This document shows positions 62,521 to 64,000 of a stretch of DNA of 64,000 nt, one piece after another. Positions within the stretch are counted from its first letter, which is position 1; each line of letters begins with the position of its first letter. The translations under genes were made by a program, and so were the position numbers. The notes beneath the pieces are model-generated. The model did no database searches and was not told the DNA's origin. It saw only the letters and a list, made by a program, of their open reading frames with translations. Source of the stretch: Squalus acanthias (lineage: Eukaryota); assembly GCA_030390025.1 (NCBI GenBank), contig CM059432.1, positions 135,100,001 through 135,164,000 on the forward strand. The letters run 5' to 3'.

Positions 62521-63231
62521 GGACAAAGAATTGAGTCGCGCCCCCTTTGGGGCGCTAACTTCGCCGGGGCGCTACTTTTAGTGGTCCGGAAAAATTAGCA
62601 CCTCCGCGACCGAAATTGAGTGGTAGTGCCCCAAGAGGGAAGCAGGGCGCTACTGGAAGCACCCCGCCTCCCTCTTGGGGCGCTGCAGGTCTTCCACCCC
62701 TTCTTAAAGGGGAGGGGCCTTGCGCAGCACGACCCGGGGCCCAGCTGGGCCCCCAGGGATCGGAGTGCCGGCAAAAGAGCCCGGCACTCAAGAGAAGAGC
62801 CGGGCTCATGGAGCGCAGCCGGCACTCCGTTGGGGGGGGGGGGGGCGGGTAAGGAAGCCGGGGACGGGAGCGGAGGCAGGTGCTGGCAGGCAGCCAGCAA
62901 CAAAATGGCCGCCCGGCACCTCGCCTTTAAATAGGGCCGCCCCGGCCGCAGGTAGGCCCCCTGACCCTGTCGGACATAGCGTCCAGCGGTAAGTCAGGGG
63001 GCGCTACCGAAGATTGCAGCCAGGACGCGAGCGGGGCGCTGCACACGCCAATAACGTCATCGTCGGCGGCGCAGCGCCGCGGGGCACTAATGGTTAGCGC
63101 CACCGCTAACCTCCCGCTGAATTTTGTGGGAGGCGTTGGCGGCACCGCGCCCAGGCACTAGTTGCTTTGCGCCCCATTAGCGCCCTAAGAGGGCGTTAAC
63201 GGGAGGCACAAAGTAACCGAATTTTTCCCCC
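62521..63231. mobile_element. Harbinger-type MITE (inverted relative of 27854-28754)
   Basis: Right end gcactagttgctttgcgccccattagcgcc...gaatttttccccc is the reverse complement of 27854-27935. TSD TTT/TTT. Confidence 0.8.
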
Positions 63232-64000
63232 TTTATATTTTTTTTTAACTGATCAGTAAAGGAAATTCATGTACAGCAAGTAAACTCTTGTGCAGAAATG
63301 CTCATGGGAACCCTTCCTGCGTTAAACCCCATCCAAGTTTGCAATCAGTTCGAAACTGAAAGAGCGAGGTGTGCCCAGAAAGAAAATCTAAGCTCGTCTA
63401 TGGAAGACCATCCTTGATAAAAACAGGAATGACAACATTTCCCTTCGACTTCAAAGCAATGTTGCTGGCAGAACTGTACTGAAAAAATACACCGAACAAT
63501 AGAAAAGGTCGATACCAGTACACAACAAAAACAGTAGCCAACAAGGACTAGAATACTATTTACAGGTGGCTGCAGCTTCTGCCAGCCACTTTCTCCAATG
63601 TGATCTGACCAGAGAGGTTAAATCCACAACCTGTCCAGGAAGCGCACAGGGTAGATGTTTAGCTTCTCTGCTTATTTCCTACAGTGGAACAGTGGATACA
63701 GCTGCTATGATGGAAACAGTTATCCGAATTGTCGAGCAATTTCCCATCCTCCCCACACAATTCCTGAAGTGTGTGTGTGTGTTTTTTTTTTAAAGTTAAA
63801 CTACACACTAAAAACATAAGCTTAGCGATTTATTTCGAAAGACACTGGTCTGCCATGCAGATGTTACCCCTCCCCAACTTTCGAGCCTAGAGGCCATTAT
63901 CAAATTAGAGGCGGGTTCGCGACCACTAATGCGGAGTCCTGGCCGAAAAGAGGGCAGAGTTATGGCGTGGTAGGTCTTGCGGGGGGGGCGGGGGCTTGCC

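Noticed and set aside
62521..63231. CpG island or alternative promoter
   Set aside because: The CpG richness lies exactly within a TIR/TSD-bounded MITE with a relative at 27854-28754.

Overview
Vertebrate genomic DNA. The repeat landscape (CR1 and L2 LINEs, Deu-domain SINEs, HE1/V-SINE, Harbinger derivatives) points to a cartilaginous fish (shark); that is an inference. The whole window lies inside NFATC1 on the minus strand. Three phase-compatible coding exons are visible (51598-51653, 45239-45371, 10370-11062, equivalent to human exons 7-9), encoding the end of the Rel-homology/IPT domain, the KRKR NLS and the long C-terminal transactivation region. The remaining ~98% is intron packed with nested transposon debris: CR1 and L2 fragments, six Deu-SINEs, HE1 SINEs, many PIF/Harbinger derivatives with 3-bp TSDs (one decayed near-autonomous copy with Myb/SANT and DDE genes), a ~130-150 bp hAT-type MITE family with 8-bp TSDs, a DIRS tyrosine-recombinase relic and Penelope-like pieces. 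Highlights: (1) a 5S rRNA 3' half fused directly to the ORF2 C-terminus and 3' UTR of a Tx1-clade LINE, a candidate 5S-headed, Tx1-mobilised SINE or chimera; (2) two minimal type-I hammerhead ribozyme motifs in NFATC1-sense orientation, one in a 92-bp insertion with a perfect 14-bp TSD; (3) isoform clues: a conserved intronic read-through for the short NFATc1/A form, and an inactive (AT instead of GT) internal donor at the position of mammalian NFATc1/B. All family assignments are from sequence recognition by eye, not database searches.
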